Both the position numbers and the translations under genes were made by a program. From NCBI RefSeq assembly GCF_009914755.1, contig NC_060937.1: a stretch of DNA of 64,000 nt. One strand, given 5' to 3'. Origin of the DNA: the human T2T-CHM13v2.0 reference genome, Homo sapiens. Of the stretch, positions 56,568 to 64,000 are shown piece by piece (the first letter of the stretch is position 1; each line of letters starts with the position of its first letter). A model generated the notes under the pieces. That model saw only the letters and a list, made by a program, of their open reading frames with translations. It searched no databases and had not been told where the DNA came from.

Positions 56568-57190
56568 GTAAGTAATTTAATGGAAAACCTCCACATTCTA
56601 GTTCTGATAATGTACTGTAATTTTATAACTGAAACAGACAGGAAAAGACCAAGTGTTTCTTTCAGCCTCCAAGACAAATATTTTTTTAAGCTCTGCTGTT
56701 TCTCCAAACAAGGTAAAGATGAATTTGAAGTATAAACCTGGCTTGAATTTCATGAGATAATGCAGAGGAGAGGTATTCATTGCTAGGTTTACAAGAAGGC
56801 TTGCAACTTCTTGGAGCTTGGCATCTGGAGCTGCCAGGAAACTTGAAAGTAATTCCTGTTGAATCTGTCTTGTTCAGTGCCATATCTCAGAGATTATAAC
56901 AGTGCCAAGCACAGGAACTTCCCCCAAATTGCTAGGAAATTCCCACAAATCTAGAATTAATAGTTCTAATAATCTTTTGAATAAACTTACATCATTAACT
57001 AAAAAGTTACCTAGTATATTTCATTTGTCAGAATGATCAAAAAAGCAGTATGTGTTAATATGGCAAGGGACCTTAAACAAAATGTAGCATAACTAGCTAG
57101 AAAGTGCTCTTTCAGGTTTTACCTCATTTAAAAGAAAGTGTTGTTTAATTTGCTTTGATGCATTGTAATCTTGTGTAAGATTATTGGGCA

Positions 57191-57538
57191 TGATAAATGA
57201 TAAATGCCACCAGGAGTGCACCTGTAGCCAAAACTTATTAGCCTGCTCTAGCAAGCGAGAGCTCACGCCAGATGAAGTATGAGGTATCTCGGTAAGAAAA
57301 GAGCAAGTTCTTTATAGGGATTTGGCTTGGGCTGAATGATTCTAAGGAAAGACTAGGGGAAGTAGAACAGATCTGGATTGGATATTGTCATGAAGGGAGG
57401 TCAGTTTGGGAATTAGGTGCTTCAGTATTCCGTTTGGGAGGAGTGAAGCAGGGCTGGGTTCTCTTGGTACTGGCCGTGCTACCGATCTGTTAGGGAAATA
57501 ATAATATGATTATCAGTGGGGTTCATTTCACTTTCTCA
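57191..57538 (-). mobile_element. 3' LTR of a second ancient ERV1-class element
   Basis: Minus strand TGAGAAAG...TTATCA, preceded by the polypurine tract AAAAGGAGGGAA; layout similar to the LTR at 27067-27526. Confidence 0.7.
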
Positions 57539-60360
<2,822 letters not shown>

Positions 60361-61217
60361 TGATCCCTTTCTAAGTGATTTGTTACCCATCCCCACTGGA
60401 AGCTTGTAAAATGTAAAATGTACTGTTTGTCTCCACTTTTCTGAAATATGTAGATATTGTGTCTTGGGATAGGCCTATTTTCATTTATTTGGGATGGGAA
60501 TTTGGTAGACCCTTCCAGTTTTGGAAATTATGTCTTTCAATTTGGAAGTTTTCTTGAATTGCTTGAATTGCTCCTCCAATTTTCCTATTTTTCTTTTGCC
60601 CCTCTCTCACTTTGTCTCCTGCTATTCTGTTCTAGGATATCTCCTCCACTTTGTCTTCCATTCAGCCATTTCTACTTCTAGCATATTTTATAGTCTCAAT
60701 TCTCTGCCATTGCATGATTTTGCTGTGTAAGTCTAATTGGTTCTTGGCTTTCTTCACTGTCAACTTCTGATTTTGTTTTCTTGGATCCTCTTAATCAGCT
60801 ATTTTTTGTCCATTTGCTTTCTAGTTTCCACATTTTTATGCTATCTTCAGTCTCAGTTTTTATACTTATCGTCCTTATGTCTTTTAAAAATTCCCTTTAC
60901 CATAGTTTAAATAGAGTTTTAGGAAGCAGTGTAGTTTGATTTGTGTGCTCCATACTCTCTTTTACCAAAACACTGCTCAGTTTTTTAACCAATCCTTTGC
61001 GGCCATTTTATATTTTCATCTTACTCCTCCCATCTCTTAAAGGTGATTTTTCATCATGGTCCCATCCTCTTATTTTTGGTTTTCTTACACAACACATTTT
61101 CCCTCAGCTTTATTTTTTTAATATAATATTTTCTTCTTAACTTATTTTGGACACTCTACATACCTCTTTTGAGACAGGTGCCATAAAATATCCCCCATCT
61201 TACCTTGCCTATTTCTG

Positions 61218-61552
<335 letters not shown>

Positions 61553-61787
61553 GCCTGTTTCTAAAATCTCATCTGTCCTCAGGGCTGTCACCGGTAGCCA
61601 TTTATTTTGTGGTATGTTTAGTGATATTAAACTACTTGCTGCTAGTCTTTACTATTCTCTGAGCATGGCAGACCCTTTCCATGCTTCTGTAGTTTTGTAT
61701 ATACTGTTTCCACTTCCTGGGGTGTCTCATGTAACTACTGATTTATTTCCCCAGGGCCTCCCTCTCTTCCTGACAAACTTCTTAAGT

Positions 61788-64000
61788 CTTTTTGTGTGTG
61801 TGCGTGCCCAAATTTATGAGTTACATGAGAACATTTGTTACATGTATATAATACATAGTGATCAAATCAGGGAATTCTGGATGTCTATCATCCGACTACA
61901 GTACTTTTTTGTTAACTGTAGTCATCCCACTCTGCTGTCAAATGTTGAATTTATTTCATTTATTTATTTTTTTTATGAGACAGAGTCTCTGTCGCCTAGG
62001 CTGGAGTGCAGTGGCACAATCTCAGCTTGCTGCAACCTCCGTCTCCTGGGTTCGAGTGATCCTCATGCTTCGGCCTCCCTAGTAGCTGGGACTACAGCTG
62101 TGCACCACCATGCCTGACTAATTTTGTGTTTTTAGTGGAGGCAGGGTTTCACCATGTTGGCCAGGCTGGCCTCAAACTCCTGACCTCAAGTGATCTGCCC
62201 GCCTTTCCCTCCCCAAGTGCTGGGATTACAGGCGTGAGCTACCACGCCCGGCTGAATTTATTCCTTTTATCTTACTGTATGTTTATACCCTTTAACCACT
62301 TTTCATTCACCCTTTTGCCTCCCACTTAACCTTCCCAGTCTCTCTGTTATCTGTTTTTCCACTCTTCCTTCACGTGTTCACATTTTTTTTTTTAGCTCCC
62401 ACAGGTTAAGTGAGAACGTGCAATATTTGTCTTTTCGCGTCTGGCTTATTTTGCTTAAGCTATTTCCACCATGTTGACCTCCAGTTTCGTCCATGTTGCT
62501 GCAAATGACATGATTTCCTTCTTTGTGTGTGTGTGGTTGAATAGTATTCTATAGTGTATATATACCACATTTTCTTTATCCATTCATCTGTTGATGGACA
62601 CTTAGGTTTATGTCTGTCTTTGGTATTGTGAATAGTGCTGCCATAAGCATGTGAGTGCAGGTATCATTTTGATACATTTGTTTCTTTTTGTTTTAGTGGA
62701 TACCCAGTAGTGGGATTGCTGGATTGAATGGTATTTCGATTTTTAGCTTTTTGAGAAATTGCCATGCCATTTTCTATAGTGGCTGTACTAGTTTACATTC
62801 CCAGCCACCATGTGTAAGAGGAGTTCCCTTTTCTCTGTGTCCACACCAACATCTGTTATCTTTTGTCTTTTTAATGAATGCCATCCTCACCGGGGTAAGA
62901 TGGTATCTCATTGTGGTTTTTATTTGCATTTCTCTGATGATTAGTGATATTGAGCATTTTTTTCATATACCTGTTGGATCTTTGTATGTCTTCTTTTGAA
63001 ATGTATCTATTCATGTCCTTTGCCCACTTTTCAATGAGATTATTTGGTTTTCTCCTGTTGGGCTGTTTGAGTTCCTTTTATATTGTGGATATTAGTCCCC
63101 TCAGATGAATAGTTTGCAAATATTTTCTTCCATTCAACAGGCTGTCTCTTCACTATGTTATTTCTTTTGCTGTGCAGAAGCTTTTTTGTGTAATAAAGTC
63201 TCATTGTCTGTTTTTGGTTTTGTTGCCTGTGCTTTTGAGGTCTTAGTTATAAATTCTTTGCCTAGATCTTCTGCATGTGGCTATCTAGTTTTCCCAGCAT
63301 CATTTATAAAAGAGGGTGTCCTTTTCCCTGATACAAGTTTTTGTCAGCTTTGTCAAAGATAAGTTGGCTGTAAATATGTAGCTTTATTGCTGAGTTCTTC
63401 ATTCTGCTCCATTGGGTTACTTATCTGTTTTTCTACCAATACCATGCTGTTTTGGTTATAGCCTTGTAATGTGTTTTGAAGTCAGGTAATGTGATGCATC
63501 CAACTATGTTCTTTTTGTTCAGGATTGCTTTTGACTATTGGGGCTCTTTTTTGGTTCCATACAAATTTTAGGATTATTTTTTCTGACTCCGTGAAGAATG
63601 GCATTGGTATTTTGACTGGGATTGTATTGAATCTGTAGATTGCTTTGGGTAGTATGGTCCTTTTAACAATATTGATTCTTCTGATCCATGGGCCTGGGAT
63701 GTTTTTCCTTTTGTTTATGTCATCTTTAATTTCTTTTAACAGTGTTTTGTAGTCCTTCTCGTAGAGATTTCCATCTCCCTAGTTAGATTTACTCCTGGGT
63801 ATTTTAATTTTGTTCTAGCTTTTTAAGTGAGATTGACTTCTTGATTTCTTTCTTGGTTGGATCATTTTTGATACATAGAAACAATACTTTTATACGTTGA
63901 TTTTGTAACCTGCAACTTTACTGAATTTATTTGCCAAATCTAAGAGTTGTTTTTGGTGGAGTCTTTAGGTTTTTTTTAATACAAGATCATTTGGGAGGCT
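61788..64000 (-). mobile_element. L1MA-type LINE 3' portion, running off the window end
   Basis: 3' UTR tgttacatgtatataat...agtgatcaaatcaggg; antisense ORF2 C-terminal motifs (tggtatctcattgtggtttt, gaagtcaggtaatgtgatg); internal deletion near 63265. Confidence 0.9.
61952..62252 (-). mobile_element. Alu SINE
   Basis: Antisense dimer; tgaatttatt TSD. Confidence 0.95.

Overview
Primate (most likely human) non-coding DNA, dominated by transposable elements. I count about 30 Alu/FLAM copies, a near full-length L1PB-type element (about 12.57-19.53 kb), an internally deleted L1MB-type element (47.6-53.3 kb) and several older antisense L1M fragments. There are also two decayed ERV1-class proviruses on the minus strand, one keeping gag-pol-env remnants and a 3' LTR, a solo LTR12, MaLR LTRs, and DNA-transposon fossils (Tigger3, MER2, MER44, MER1A, MER3, MER5A, MER53, MER58). 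No protein-coding exon can be supported; the ORF track is repeat-derived or spurious. The T-rich + strand, antisense ERVs and a few + strand splice-site pairs suggest, by inference only, a large intron of a + strand gene that I cannot name. The most notable observations are: a TSD-flanked 5'-half tRNA-Gln(CTG) 'tailless' retrocopy; an L1PB that may carry both 5' (MaLR-derived) and 3' transduced sequence; a 34-bp TSD-flanked AATAAA-bearing micro-retroinsertion; a candidate alternative first exon or enhancer with a perfect FOX:ETS composite site; and several template-switch scars. I found no evidence for a wholly new biological system. Repeat subfamily names come from recalled consensus sequences, not from a RepeatMasker run, and boundaries are approximate unless TSDs or termini are quoted.
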